Positions 50,263 through 64,000 of a stretch of 64,000 bases of DNA are shown here, in pieces (position 1 is the first letter of the stretch; each line of letters starts with the position of its first letter). Both the position numbers and the translations under genes were made by a program. The stretch covers positions 1 to 64,000 of the forward strand of contig NW_026862689.1 of NCBI RefSeq assembly GCF_026571515.1, in the 5' to 3' direction. A model generated the notes under the pieces. That model did not search any database. It saw only the letters and a program-made list of their open reading frames with translations, and had not been told where the DNA came from. The DNA is from Ruditapes philippinarum. Taxonomy: Eukaryota.

Positions 50263-52242
50263 TTAGTAGTAAATGCATCTTATTTTATGTAATGGAAGGT
50301 CGGCCATTTCACCGGCATGGTCCAGTCGATAATCCCATAAGTAATGATCAATCAGAATTGAGTTAACCAAGAGATTCTTCCCGGCGGCGTCGGCATCCAG
50401 GAGCTTTCTTGTTTCTTTGTTAATGAGTTCAGTTGCCCATATACTGCAGCCACGGATTTCCACCTCGTAACGGTCACCTTTGAAATAATATATTTGTTAA
50501 GATATGTTTTATCAAAAACTGTAAGTTGTTATTCAATGAGATATATCATAGTATCATTTATGATCGTCGTCACTGTGACGATGAATTTCCAATTTCGTAT
50601 AAAACTATATTATGTGTCCAAAAGACACGGAATTCTCATTAATCCATTGAAATGTCAGTTTACGGACGTCTGGGTGACAGCGGAACGGACGGGCAATGGC
50701 TAATCAACTGCCCCACCCACCCCCAGTATTTGGAGCATACGAGTTTACTTATTTTTGTAGAGAAGCTGTAAAAGACACTACTGTTCATGAATAAGGACAG
50801 CTGGTGCAGTTTTGAAAGAATTATTACTAAAAAGGAGAAGAAAGATAAAATGATACCAGATTTTAGGAGATGAGGGGTTTTCAGATATTCTACCAGTTCA
50901 TCAGAATATTGTAAAGCACCAAAGTACAACAAAGCCTGGGGTATTCTGTAATCTGCAAACATTGTTATTGTGTCAATATCATGGAATTCTCCGTAACCTT
51001 GACCTTCAAAACACGCCCAGATATCCGCTATAAGAATCTGTACTCTCTTATAGATGGCGACCTTTTGTCCCTCAAATTCTGTTTCATCTCTGAAACAAGC
51101 AAAATAATTGTATAAGTGTTACTGTACAATGTAATATGATGTAATTTTAATTAGTTATCATTGACATGTAAAAACCGAATGATAAATTTAGAAAACGTTA
51201 TTCTATGTCATTTTGAAAACTTTGTCAGAATTATCATTGAGTTTCCATATACAGGCAATATTAATGATGGTGATGAAATTTAACATAATACATGTACAGG
51301 TAGTTCTATATTTATTAACAGTCAATTTATAAATTGAATAATTCATTGGCAATTCGTCAAAAGAAAATAACAGTACAAAACAAAGAAGCAAAGCAAAATC
51401 AACTGAAATTGAACCTGTAAGAGCTAAAATCCTTCACCACTTGTTTCATCATGGTTTGGGCACTTTTGCCACATCGTTGCACCAACTTTGCGACACTCCC
51501 TCCATACTTCTCCACTAGCACACGTCCAGCCTCCCTTAATACAGTAAGTCGTTCTTCAAACAATGGGATGTCGTAATCAGAATCTGATCGTAAAACGTCT
51601 GTCATCTGCTCCTTTGTTATGTTTGCAAAATACTCCGGGTTTGTAAAAGGTATACCTGTAAATATCAAATAGTTTCTTTGATACAGAAAATGTATTGTTA
51701 AAATTTTACCTTACTATCTTTTGAAAAGAAAGACCAAAATAAAAATAATTTCTTATTCAACCGTTTCAAGTATGACGAAATTTATGTCGTACTCTTATCA
51801 TTATTAAAATACTGGTATTCCATTAGTGTGTTTACGTATTTAATGGAACTATTCAAAGTAATTGAATTAATTAAGCCAAACGCAATTTACATTAAATGTA
51901 AAATTTACCTTTATCTAAGGCTCTGTTTATTGCAGCGCATAGTGACCAGTACCCAGTATAGTCCTCGCCATTATATTTCACCTTAAACTTCTTGTTCACG
52001 TCCTCTGTCCAGAAAGAAAAATTCAAAGTGTCTGTAACAAAAATCCAGTTCAACGTGTTTTCATCCATGACCTTGGGGTTTAGTGTGTGCATTTTCCAGC
52101 TTTTGATATTGTATGTACCAGATCGAACACAGTCCGCCATAAACATGGCAACTTTTTGTACACCATTGTCTATTATTTTAACATCTTTACTTCTCTCTGA
52201 TATATATCTCCCCGCATCACGTGGCATTAAGATATCACACAT
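50263..52242 (-). CDS. QNG1: Queuosine 5'-phosphate N-glycosylase/hydrolase (queuosine salvage protein, DUF2419/C9orf64)
   Basis: Exons 52242-51909, 51655-51415, 51089-50857 and 50477-50263 total 1023 nt (340 aa). Motifs: WIFVTDTLNFSFW, YTGYWSLCAAINRAL, FSSYRDE, YKRVQILIADIW, TMFADYRIPQAL, EVEIRGCSIWA, NSILIDHYLWDY, HKIRCIYY*. Probable non-coding exon ends at the donor at 52768/52767. Confidence 0.95.
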
Positions 52243-54959
52243 TCTGAAATATAAAGATCTGCTCATATACACGTATGTACTGTCATAAAACCATTCTTTG
52301 TACATTTGTACATCAATTTCACAAACAACGAAAATCAATCCGCATACATGTACTTATTATAATAAGCTACATAAATATCAATTCGCCTCTTCTGGTTTTC
52401 ATAAAAGCCATTTAACAGTTAAATACTTAATGAACATGAATTTAAGTCTCCCTGAACGTAATTCAACTTTAAAATATTCAGAAATGCGTAGAAATAATAA
52501 CAAAACAAAAAAGGAATACAAAACAAAAAAGAAATAGCCTGGACACTAACACTATCAAGCGACGACAACTTAGTAGTCTTAATTGTAATTTTATACAGCG
52601 AGTAGCGTCCCCTAGCCTAGTGTTTACCAAAATAAAACTCGAGTTTTCTACATTTACGATTCATCAATAATTACAACAACTTACAAACACACAGAATGTT
52701 ACATGTATTTTTTGTTAAGCTCCCACTATGACTAATAATAACCCAAAGTTAAAATCGTTCCACTTACCTTAGATTATGTGCTAACACGTGGTTAAATGAA
52801 TTTATGTCTGCATATGAAAGTAAACAATTTCTGCGCATGTGCGGATTTTAAATTGGGGACTCCTTTTTGTATCAATTGAAGACCGTCCGCCTGTTCGTTC
52901 CTTTGTATTTGCAAATGAATCCAGAGTGGTAAGCTATATATAATTAACAGACATTGTTGAGAATTAGTTTTTCATTAGATTTAATTAATTTATATTTATA
53001 TGAGATGTAACGAATATAAGATCGCCCTCACTAATGTATGGAAAGAACATACTTCACAAGAATGATCATTGAATATTCCCATTGAAATCATCCACAGTCG
53101 TTTATATATTTGCATGACTGCTTATATAACTTGTTACTATGGCAACAGAGATTAAAGTTTTTGTAAGAATATGGATATATTGGTCTATCTTCATAAAATG
53201 GTTCTTGAGAGACCATTTACCAAAACCATTCGAAATAGTTGATCCCGAAATACAGATAGTGCTTTTCTTGGGTAAGCATATCTAACAGTTAAACATTTCC
53301 CTTTTTCAGGTTCGTATGTTCGAGCCCAAATGGGATCCCAACCCTGTTACCTCATATTTCACCAATACTGGCCTTAGGGTTATAAAACCTTTATCTGAGA
53401 TCAGCTTAAAGTTTACCTGTTTTTCATTGATCAATGTAAATTCTGAGCTTGTTTTTGACCAATCAAATACTGGAGATCTGAGTTAATTGGAGCTTAGAAA
53501 GTTTCTTCATAACTTCGGACCTCTTTATAACCTCGGACCCTTTACGTGGTTTCGGAAAGCGAACTCGAAAATGATAAATATAATTATATATAAGTTGCAA
53601 AAAACTTGTTACATAATCGAGCTAAATTTAATAACTCAACTTTTGATGAACATTGAATTTTGCATAATAAATGTAGCAGAAAACAACCAAATAAAAATAC
53701 TGCAAAACTCGCAGAGCTCATCCATAATACCGGGTATTACCGGTATAATACATGATATTTTGACCCCTATATGATACCAACAAAGTCAATTTTAGTCTTT
53801 AATTTGGAAAATGGATAATATATCTATATATATATATCTACATATATATCATATTGCTGAAATTGTGTATTTTTATTGTATATTATTTATATAGATCTAA
53901 CATGTTCTATATAAGCATTATAAGCAAATACATGCACATGTATTCGTATAATCGGCACATGCTACAAATATTAGATCATATTTTAACCATCTACACCATT
54001 GTTTAAGTCTCTTTTATCCACTACAAAATTAACTGTCTTTCAAGTGTTTTACAGAGTAAAGTCAAACAAAGGAATCAAACCCCATTTGTAAAAAAATCAT
54101 TTGTTATCATTTTTCAAAGAAAGCAATAATCTTCTGCCATGCTTGATCATAATATTTAGATACGTCATAGAATCGCGGACTTTGCAATTTTCCAATTAAT
54201 TGGTTTTGAAAACAATTGTAGAAAAAATATCTGTCAGATATCTTTACACATAATTTCAAATCAACAATGCAAATGTATTAAATTTCCAACAAATGGCCAG
54301 AAGGGGACATGTACAATTCCCACATTTTAAGTATTATAAAATATGAAATAAATAATTAAATATTTTTGGAAAACATCTATAGGATCATCTTCCCTCCCCA
54401 CCGGACAACAGTAATATCTAAAACCTGAATATATCCAACGAAAGCATGTATTACTCAAAAATCAGTTTAGTGTAAGCTTAAAATCCTGGGTTTTACGTGT
54501 TTTTGGTTTGGTTGAAACATATTTATTCAATACTTTTAAATTTTGCATGATGAACAATATGTTACACAAAAAAATTGTGATTAGACAGAAAGATATTAAA
54601 ACTTCTGAGTGTCCTCTTCTTTTGGTTTGATGATCATGCATCAAAATACACAATTATTGCTCACAATTATTGCTCATAATACGCATATCTTTTCTATCAA
54701 CATTTGAAGAGCCACAGGATTTAATATAATATTTTGGAAAATAAACAGAACAAAGGGAATCCTCTGTTGATAAATTATTCTGAGTCACTAACGCAGAATT
54801 TGTTGGAATTTCTGACCCTTGCCGCAAACATCTGTTTTCTTGTTTTGTTTTTAACGAGATCGTTAATCCCTTGGTGGAGACTATGAGCTCTTTTAGAACT
54901 TAACAGGAAATGTAATGACAGATGTGCATTATGGGAACGGACAATTAAATTTATCTGGT

Positions 54960-55060
54960 TTTCAGCCAATCGGAAAATACTACAGCGCACGCGCTATCAT
55001 TTATAAAGCCAATCAGGAACGAGAATGATTGGGTCTTGACAATCAGAACATGACTCATTA
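54960..55060. promoter_or_regulatory. Candidate promoter/enhancer: CCAAT-box cluster plus AP-1 motif
   Basis: AGCCAATC at ~54964 and ~55007, GATTGG at ~55027, TGACTCA at 55051. Confidence 0.3.
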
Positions 55061-58000
55061 GTAATGTTGTAAAGACTCAATTATTAATTAATACAAACCT
55101 CTGTGAGGAGATATTAGTAACAACGGAAACTCACTTTCAAGTGGCTCTCAAATTAACGTGCAATAAAATATTATTCAACATATGTAAATACCTAAACACA
55201 TACATTTATTCCTCTAAAGAATATAATAAAATATATTTAGTGGTTTACATGTAATTATAAGGGTGAAGTTTGTGGGTTTTATATCACATTTTATTTCTTG
55301 ATCATAACTTGTATGATGTTAAAACGAAATATGATAAATAAAATTACGAAATATAAAAGGAAATTAGATAAATTTGAAGACCGAGAAATGACGTGTACAT
55401 TAGTGTGAACATTTCTTGTCTTGAACTATGTTTTACAGCGCTCTATAGATGAAATAAATGAAATACTTGTTTAGTTCAGTTTACCATGAAAAAACATATT
55501 ACGGAAAAAAGTTAGTATGAAAGTTGAAATATTTTGAAATATTGCATATCAATTATCTTACTTATTTAATAAAATAATTGTCAGCTCATTCTAAAGTCAA
55601 CTGGCCGAATGGTCGAAATAAAGACTTTGAATAGAGCGATCAAAGTGAAACATCTGTAAATGGTCAACATCAGCATAGCTCGTGCATTAATCATCTCGTG
55701 CGAGTATTGACCGCTGGTATTCAATAATTGTATTAATCAAATACCGAGTATTGAACTCTGTTATTAAATACAGAGTTTTATAACAACTAAATTATTTCCT
55801 CTTGGCTATTCTCCTTAAATTGACCATTTTCAGCGTCCATTCCTAACTCTGTCCTTATTTATTCCTTCTCCCTCAAGTGTGCAATGCATAAATAACAATT
55901 AAAATATCAAACACATCATTAATATTAATAAAATTCCTACTCATTAGTTTTAACCTTTCAACGGAATGAATCATTTTTTATTTTGAACGGTTTCTCACAG
56001 CGTGCGATATGGTTGAAAACAAAGACAGTGAGTCAACCTTTGACTCGAGTTTTCTCTTGAAGGATCTGAGTCACTGTGAGATCCCTAGCATTCCTTTGTT
56101 CACGTTTGTAATCCAAAATACTCATATTTTCATCAGTAAAGAGACCATGCTATGTTTAGTACTTTATTAGAAATTCGAGACTTTGTAGATTTAATTTACT
56201 TGAAAGTCCTCCCGCTACAACGTTTTCTGCAATTTAAATTGAAATCAAGACATTGCATCTTTTTATACAATATTAAGATGACATTAAATATAAATTTAAC
56301 CCCTGCCTTAAGTAGTAATTGTAATGGTAAGTTTGTAACTTTAAAAAAAATAATGCATGAATTTTATGAAAATGTTAATTTTAAGGAAGTACTGTTAAAT
56401 AACGAAATTAAAAACTTTCTGCTTTTATAATTATTATTAAAAGTTATTATAATCACCAATATAATGCATTTTATATTCATCATTTTACAAAAATAATCAT
56501 TTTACAAAATAGCTTTAAACATAAAAAAATATTCCATCACATACAATAGTAATATATTATAGTTAAGAAATCTTTCACAAGTGTTTATTTATTTCTTAAA
56601 CTGTTCAAATTCATCTATTAAAACAATTTTAGGAAACAAGCGTATTATTTATAAATTCATAAATTAATAATCATTTGTTCAATTAAAAAATGCATGTATG
56701 ACGAAACAACTATCCGGCAACAATGCAGCAAATAAACCGACAAGTGCATGATTGTCTTAATGTAATTATGCCAATGACCTTCGTTCCTTTTAAAATGTCT
56801 TAGATGATTTCAGTCGAAAGATCGGAGCTTATCATATACTTGAGATGTGCTTCATTCAAATCATTTGAAGATCTGTTACGTTCCCACGAAATGAATTATC
56901 ATTTCTTAAATGAATGAAGTTTTACACGGCGTATTTATAGATTTTATGTAGTTTTTTTAGTTCTTGTGATGCAATGTATGGAGTAGCTCAGTATTTACTC
57001 AATAAGAACACAAGATCAACATTTAAAGGTGGAATAATAGTACTCAGCATCAGACTGAAGCGCGTGCTCTGCAAAATTTTGCAGTAATTTAGAGCGTACA
57101 CACGTGACCTCCTTAATGTGTTCATTTATAAATAGATGATTTGGGTGAAGATGATGAATTTATGTTTTTAAAACGATTGCTAATGTCAATAATAATAAAC
57201 AATATTGTCTGATATACGCCTATACATATCCTAATGGAGAGATTCATTGGTTGGAGGGCAGTTAATAAAAGTAACTAAATTATTTTTATTTTTCACTTTA
57301 GTTACTTTTGACAGTTTATGAGTTATAAATGTTTGGATAATTGGCGGATGATTAACACAAAGTGGTTCACTAAACAATTACAGACAGAAATAAATTTTAG
57401 TAGTATCCGACCTAGTAGCTTCCCACGAAATGATCGTAAAATTGGCTGATGTAAGAACTCGAAATCTTATAGTTATCAATGATTGTATGTGCAAGACAAG
57501 ACACATAATTCAATTTGCGAGAGTTTTCGCACCAGTGAGATACAAAATGTATAACCAGTCTGTCTTATTCAGATGAAGTATATTTCATTTTAGAGCAAAA
57601 CTTAAATACATGCATTTTTTTTTATTTCAGTTATGTGTCTAACTTGAATACATCTGTTTTTTATTAGTTTCAGACAAAATTATTACTTCCTGTTTCCAAT
57701 CTGAATAAATAAAAAAACATATATTTTTTTAGGTTTTAACCAAAATTACTTATGTATCTAACCTGAATACTTCTTTTTATAAAATTTCAGTCAATTATTT
57801 CTACTTCGTGTACCAAATTTGTGTTTTGACAGTCAAAATTACTACTTACAACCTTCGTGGTCAATTCCTACGCATCGGAACTCCAAACCGGTGTTGAATA
57901 GTCGATAAACACCGCTGAGACCGATATTATTTCTTAAGTATATGTTAGTTGAATACATTGATTAAGTTGATAAACGTGTCCAAATATATCAAAAATCGTC

Positions 58001-58204
58001 TTTTTCATTCATTCAGAAATACATGTTGACCTTAACTGTGTTGGTGCGACGTTAAAGAAATATTCTACTCAACGGATTTTGCTAAGCACCATAAGTTAAT
58101 TTTTATATTATCACAAGTATAAAACAGATTTCTTTCCAAGTTTTGAAAATTCTGATTCAGCAATGTAGAAGGCTGCATGATGGTGATTTGCGGTCGAGAA
58201 GACT

Positions 58205-58831
58205 ATGTATACGTATACCCTTGACGCGTCGACATCGCCAAGCCCGTTGGAATGGACCATGGAGCATACACGGTGGACCATGCAACACTGGAGGCACGTT
58301 CCGTTTACTGATGATTCCAGGTTCTGCCTAGACTTCACAGTTAGGCGTGTTAGAGGAGACGAAGTGAACGGTTTCGGGCTGCAAATATTGCTGAGTATGA
58401 CCGCTACGGAGGAGGGTATAGGTTATGGTGTTGGGAGGCATCAGCTGGGATGGACGAACCGGCCTAGTTGTGCTAAATAGAGGCAATTGACAGGTCAGCA
58501 ATACATATACGACATCTTAGACAACCAGGTAAGGTTGTATGCTGAAGCAGTCGACGATCAGTTCATTCTAATGGACGCTAATGCCAGCCCCCATAGGACC
58601 ATGGACTACCTAGAAAAGAGTCTTTTGAGCGCATGGAAACACATGTGGAATGAGCTGCATGTTAGAAATTCAGCTCGCCAGCTGCAACTCAGGACCATCC
58701 AGGAGCTTGTAGCCAAGTTGATCCAAGAATGGGCAGTCATACCCGTAAGAACGATCAGAAACCTAAATGGGAGTATGAGAAGGCGCTGCCAAGCTCGCAT
58801 TGATAGTCACGGGTCACACATACGGTATTAA
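58205..58831 (+). pseudogene. Decayed Tc1-family transposase (DDE domain fragment)
   Basis: HTRWTMQHWRHVPFTDDSRFCL (cf. W..V.FSDESRF), FILMDANASPH (cf. MDDNARPH), HMWNEL, LIQEWAVIP, SMRRRCQARIDSHGSHIRY*. Frameshifts and mutated catalytic motifs. Confidence 0.85.
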
Positions 58832-61336
58832 GTCTAAAACTGTAAACATAAAAAATCAATTTAACAAATTTCGAAAACACGCTGCATGTTCAGAAATCTT
58901 CAATGAGGAGGGTCATCCTCTTCTTTAGCACAAAATCAGTGTAAAACTCATTTATAAGGTTAAATTCATCCTTAAATTCCTTAAATAAAATTCTATGAAA
59001 GTTCTTAGAATTTAGTCTGACAATCTTGTTTCTCTGGCTCGCGTTTGATATCTAATGCTGCAGGCATATTTAAAATATGCTTGACAATTCCAACTGACAC
59101 AAAATGATTTATATTTACAGTATTTTAGAGGTAGTATGTGAAAATACATTAATCTAGTAGTATTATTAAAGTACTACTGTAACGCGGATCGATGTATCAA
59201 AATTAAGTTGAAGCGCGTTATTTTAAAATTTCCCTCGAATCATATCTTAAATGCCCAAATCAATGAAGATCTCAAACAGAATCTTAATAGATCAAACGAT
59301 TTATTAGAAAGATATCTAGATGATTTTGCTTTATTTTCTACTATTAAGACGTGTTATATTGATATTATTTTATTATAAAAGCCCGCATTGTACAAACATC
59401 CGTCTTCAGCCGGAACCATCAAGTCCCTAAGTTTATAGATTGTGGATTGTTTGAGTCATATAGCAATCAACAAAAGCCAATTGTTTGCTCTCCGTCGTAG
59501 AATGTTTACATAAATAATGTTAAGGCTTTACCAGGAATTTCGTATTTCCTGGAAATAAGAGGATTACAAAAGGAATCACATGTGCCAGCTTACCAGACGA
59601 TTGGCCTAATAAGGATAATTTAAGATTAAAACAAACAATCATGTGGAGATATCTATGCGACAAGCCCAAATCTGAAATATGACTCATAATTCGGATTTTA
59701 TTTTTTTTTCCTTATAAAGTCGAGTAACATACTAAGTATTCGCAACATGATATCTCATATCTCACTGTATTTCCTCAAACCATCCTTACCAAATGAGAAG
59801 TTGAAATAAGAGTTTTTAAATGTGACTGAAGCACATATTGAAACTTTTTATTGAGAACCGATTGTATGATAATTATATTTGTAATAAGTGTACACTGAAA
59901 AATTTCCTCATTTCGTACTTTTTTGTACCAGTAACATCTAAATATTTCACGCATAATTTTATTTGAATAAATGATTTAACAAATTAAAAATGTTTTAGGC
60001 CTTTAAGTACCTTAACTATAAGATGCCTATGTATTTTCTATTTTCATCATAATCTAACAACAGTTCGATGGCCATAAGCACACTTCGGACAGCCCAATCA
60101 GAACTACTCTTTTCCCTTAGGTTCATGTTCGTCGTAGAGAAGACATAAGACATTCGCAAAAGATAAGGAGCTTGGCTAAATTTTTCACCAAGGACACATT
60201 GACTGGTTGAGATACGAGTGTCTTTATGTACAAATAGGACTAAACTACCCCTTCGTCGATGGAGAGTAAACCCTTTTTCACAATCTACGATTCAGCTGTC
60301 GATGTCCTGACTGAAGCCGAGGGAAGTGACCCTATAATGTAGCAGGGACAACAAGGAATGGTACTTGGGTACGTGAGCACCTAAAACGAAGAGACGGCTT
60401 GACCGTTCAGCCATTTTCAGGGCTTACCTCCTTCTCTGGTCACTGGTTACCGTACGTTTAGTAACTGTATTTGAATATATAGTTAATTATAACGGGTATG
60501 TATCAATATGTATATATGAAGATAGTGGCTGCTTTATTATAACAATAAATAGAAATAAATAAATAAATAAATAATTCAATGAAAATAAATAAATAAAAAA
60601 TTAACGACATCAAATAATAAACACACATTTTATTATGCAATAAAAGTCTATTTGACACATCAGGAAAACCACCTTTAACTTTTTATGACAGAGTCAATGT
60701 CAATGAGATTCAAATATTGTGTTATAAATCAATTAAAACAAATGTCTCTCAGTCATTTCAGTCAATATAAGTCACTTACTCGTAGAATTATAACTTGTAC
60801 CTAGCAGCAGAGTTCATCACTGATAGTTTATGTCGCAGAAAGAAAGAGAATTTCTGATTGGCTAGACTCCCGAGCGTATTGTTACAATGTCACAACACTG
60901 ATCAAGTATTGCACGTGTAATAAATCTTAACAATAATAGTTAACGTATTTGCTCTGCCCCAACTTGATAACATTTAGACTTTGTTTAAACAAAGTGTTAC
61001 ATGACATCAAAACAACAGGCATAATAGAAAACTTGTCTGGAACTTATCTCTGACAAAGAGTCAAGGACTTCACTCACTACAACCACTTCACTTGAATGGA
61101 CTATGTTCACTTGCAGTAGATCACATTTGAAATTCTCTTTTGTTTGTTATAACGAATAATTATTAATATATTCTGTTAATTATTAAATTGGTGTACAAGA
61201 ATTAATGGTTTACATTTATTTCAGTTACCTTCAGTTCATTCTAATAAATAACACATGCCATTATTTATTCAAATGTCAAGCATGTTTATCATCTATGAGT
61301 GCACATATTAAATTGCACTTGTATCATTCTTTAATT

Positions 61337-61569
61337 GAGCCGCGTCACGACAAAACCATCATAATAGGTTTGCGACCAGCATGGGTCCAGACCAGCCTGC
61401 GCATCCGCGCAGTCTGATCAGGATCCATGCTGTTCGCTTACCAACTCTATTACAAGTAGAGAAACTGATAGCGAACAGCATGGATCCTGATCAGACTGTG
61501 CGAATGCGCAGGCTGGTCTGGATTCATGCTGGTCGCAAACCCATTATGTTGGTTTTGTCGTGACGCGTC
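61337..61569. mobile_element. Palindromic MITE, second copy of the 6776-7010 family (AATT TSD)
   Basis: Same arms; AATT at 61333-61336 and 61570-61573. Confidence 0.85.
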
Positions 61570-64000
61570 AATTATATAAAGATGAATTATCGCTTTGGCA
61601 AAGTAGGATTTTAGTGAAATTAATTGATTAAAATTGAATGAAAACTCTATGATTATTTTTATTTGATTTGTCAATTGTTTGTTTTGTTTTATATTCTTAT
61701 TTCAGTTTGGCATTCTAATTGTACGATTAACATGTAACTATTGTCGTATCACTAGTTCCTATCATTTCACTCCATAAAATTGACATGATTATGTTCAAAA
61801 GTGATTAACCAGAAAATGTTAATTATAATCATGGTAGGGACCTAAATATCTCATTGCTTGATTTTATTCGTTGAGCACATGACCAAATGATGACATCATG
61901 CATTATCATTTTGCCCCGTTTATCATGAACATGTGTTTAATCTCGTTACATTATGGAATTAGTGCTGAAAAATGAATAACAAGAAATGTTTTAAACACTT
62001 TTGGATATACATCATATACCCTTTTACTTTAGTGTAACATTTTTACGCTTTATGTTTTATATAAACTATTTAGAAGTTGACGTTAGAGAAACATACACTT
62101 TCCTAGGACATTAAACCAGGTAGTTTAACTATACAAAATATATTTCGTCTAAGGTCTTTTGTTTAACATTTATCTTATACATGTATATATAAAATCAAAT
62201 AAAAAATGCACAATAACTACTACAGATTATCGTAGAGAAGACATAGGTCATTATTATTTGTTTTACTTTAGATGGCGAAGCGCACTTAGTAAAAAATGTT
62301 CAGCCTGACTTTGAAATAATGAATGACTTTCAATAAATTTTGTAAAGAACACAAAAATAAATATAAATAGGGCGTTGTGTATTTTAAGCCCGAGTTAAAA
62401 TGTACACATTGATTTTTTTATATGGAAATGTAGGCGATACAAATTAACATAAGCTAGAATTTCTTATTGAAATCATCGCTCTGGCCTCTATTATATCAAC
62501 ATGGCAAATACATTTGTATTAAACTATATTTTGCCTATTGTTGTCACCGTTTTTCCAAATCAAACATATCAAATACATGACTGACCTATATAAAAGATTG
62601 TCAGTTTTAGATTGTCGTAACATATTGCTAACATACATTCAATTTAAAGCTTTTCGTGTGACATAGAACCAAGTTTATCTTAATGGCCAATGCCTTCATT
62701 TCCCATAAAGACCTGTGCTAGTATATTTTCAACGTACATAGTTTTATTACTATTTAAAGACACTTTTTATTCACAATTATTTTACTTCCACGTTAATATC
62801 TCTCGCAGATATGTTCAATTTCATTATGATTTTCAAGTATATCAACAAAACAGAATATGTTTTCACATTTTTGCATATTACTAAATGATATATTTTGTAA
62901 TGGCATATCTATTAGTGACGCCTATGCTTTTATACAAATACACACTTCCATTGTTGTTGTTTTTTCAATTTTAAGATGTAGGGAGTTTTGATAATTTTTT
63001 GACGAGCTATTCAATTTTGAATTTAATCATGACACTGAACTGTGAAGGAAATAATTAGCTGGTAAATATGCCTTGTGAGCAAAAAATAAGTGTTGGTTAC
63101 TAAGTGTGTAGCAGATAGTGTAGAAGGTGAGAAGAAAGGTCAGCAAGGCAAGACGACGTTCACAGAACGCAGCCCCCCCCCCCCCTTCCCCCCTGACACA
63201 AACCAGCCACATCAGCAGGGCACCAGAACAGTTCTTAGTCACAAAGGGCAAAGGGTTCATTGACTCCGCTGACTCTCAATAGTATTTGAATATTGTAACT
63301 TACTAAGGAATGTATACATAGAATTAAATTCTTCTTATGTTATATATCCGAAGAAGTTTCACCTTGAATTTACAAACGGAACATCACCCTTATTCTTCAA
63401 AGATGGATTACTAAAAATACATTTAAGTTAATAGATTTAAAGCTTCATAAAACATGCATGTGACAGAACAGACCTACACACAAACTTGGGTTATATGTGT
63501 AAAATCATGCTAGTATTTTAGACTTTCTTTCGTATAATTTCGACCATCTTAAAAATCAACGAACGTGGCAATACATTTATATTTTGTAGATTGAATGTAT
63601 GACTTTGCAATGTCAAAGTGCATTTTTCAGATCAGACATGTTCTTATTACCTCGTCCATTTTAACTAGGCCTGTTCCTTTCATCCAAAAATAGTACCTTA
63701 TCAAATTAATGACCCTCTGACAATAAAAAGGTTCAACTTGTGCACGATTTCGTTACTTTATAAACGAATTCTGTAATCTTATCGCCGCATATAACATAAA
63801 CTGGATTCACAAAATCACGATGAAAATTGCTCTTTTATGTACGGTTTTTGTAGCTGTATTTGGTGGGTAACTTTAATCATAATTATGATATTTTCATTGT
63901 ACATTTATGTGTATATATTATCAAAAGATAGTCGTACTTTTCTTATTTTTGCCATATTTACAAGAGACATGACGTGATATGGTTGCACACTTAGTTCAAG

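Noticed and set aside
50661-50730. TACGG-starting GC-rich stretch in a QNG1 intron as a second IS3EU-like end
   Set aside because: No matching inverted terminus or TSD was found.
7130-52242. Functional gene cluster linking TTL, DNAJC17, 4CL-like, TRAPPC6 and QNG1
   Set aside because: The pathways are unrelated and the arrangement is consistent with ordinary compact gene neighbourhood.
60093-60110. CCCAATCAGAACTACTCT resembles the RNase P RNA 3' conserved region
   Set aside because: No matching upstream P4 strand is visible; more likely a CCAAT-type motif or chance.

Overview
AT-rich, intron-rich animal genomic DNA. The repeat families suggest a bivalve mollusc, probably a venerid clam; this is an inference. 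Six spliced protein-coding genes were reconstructed by hand from GT-AG sites with consistent phases. They are: the 3' end of a single-pass membrane protein (+, 166-5822); tubulin-tyrosine ligase TTL (-, 7130-15854); DNAJC17 (+, 21095-33360), head-to-head with TTL; a 4-coumarate-CoA-ligase/luciferase-like acyl-CoA synthetase (-, 34992-41445); TRAPPC6 (+, 42762-46491), whose exon 5 is frameshifted as assembled; and the queuosine salvage hydrolase QNG1/C9orf64 (-, 50263-52242). Introns are packed with non-autonomous elements: about ten Helentron-associated (HINE/pearl-type) elements, most carrying 145-170 bp satellite arrays, a 2.9 kb foldback with TATGG ends and a 6-bp TSD (IS3EU-like), hAT-, Sola-, Tc1- and Kolobok-like MITEs, and several SINE families. 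A triple-nested cluster of TSD-less hairpin elements lies between TRAPPC6 and QNG1. The last ~11 kb has no recognisable gene. It holds a decayed Tc1 transposase, candidate cis-regulatory motifs and a predicted multi-stem RNA-like segment. I found no clear novel multi-gene system; the most unusual signals are transposon architectures and their interactions with host exons and 3' ends.
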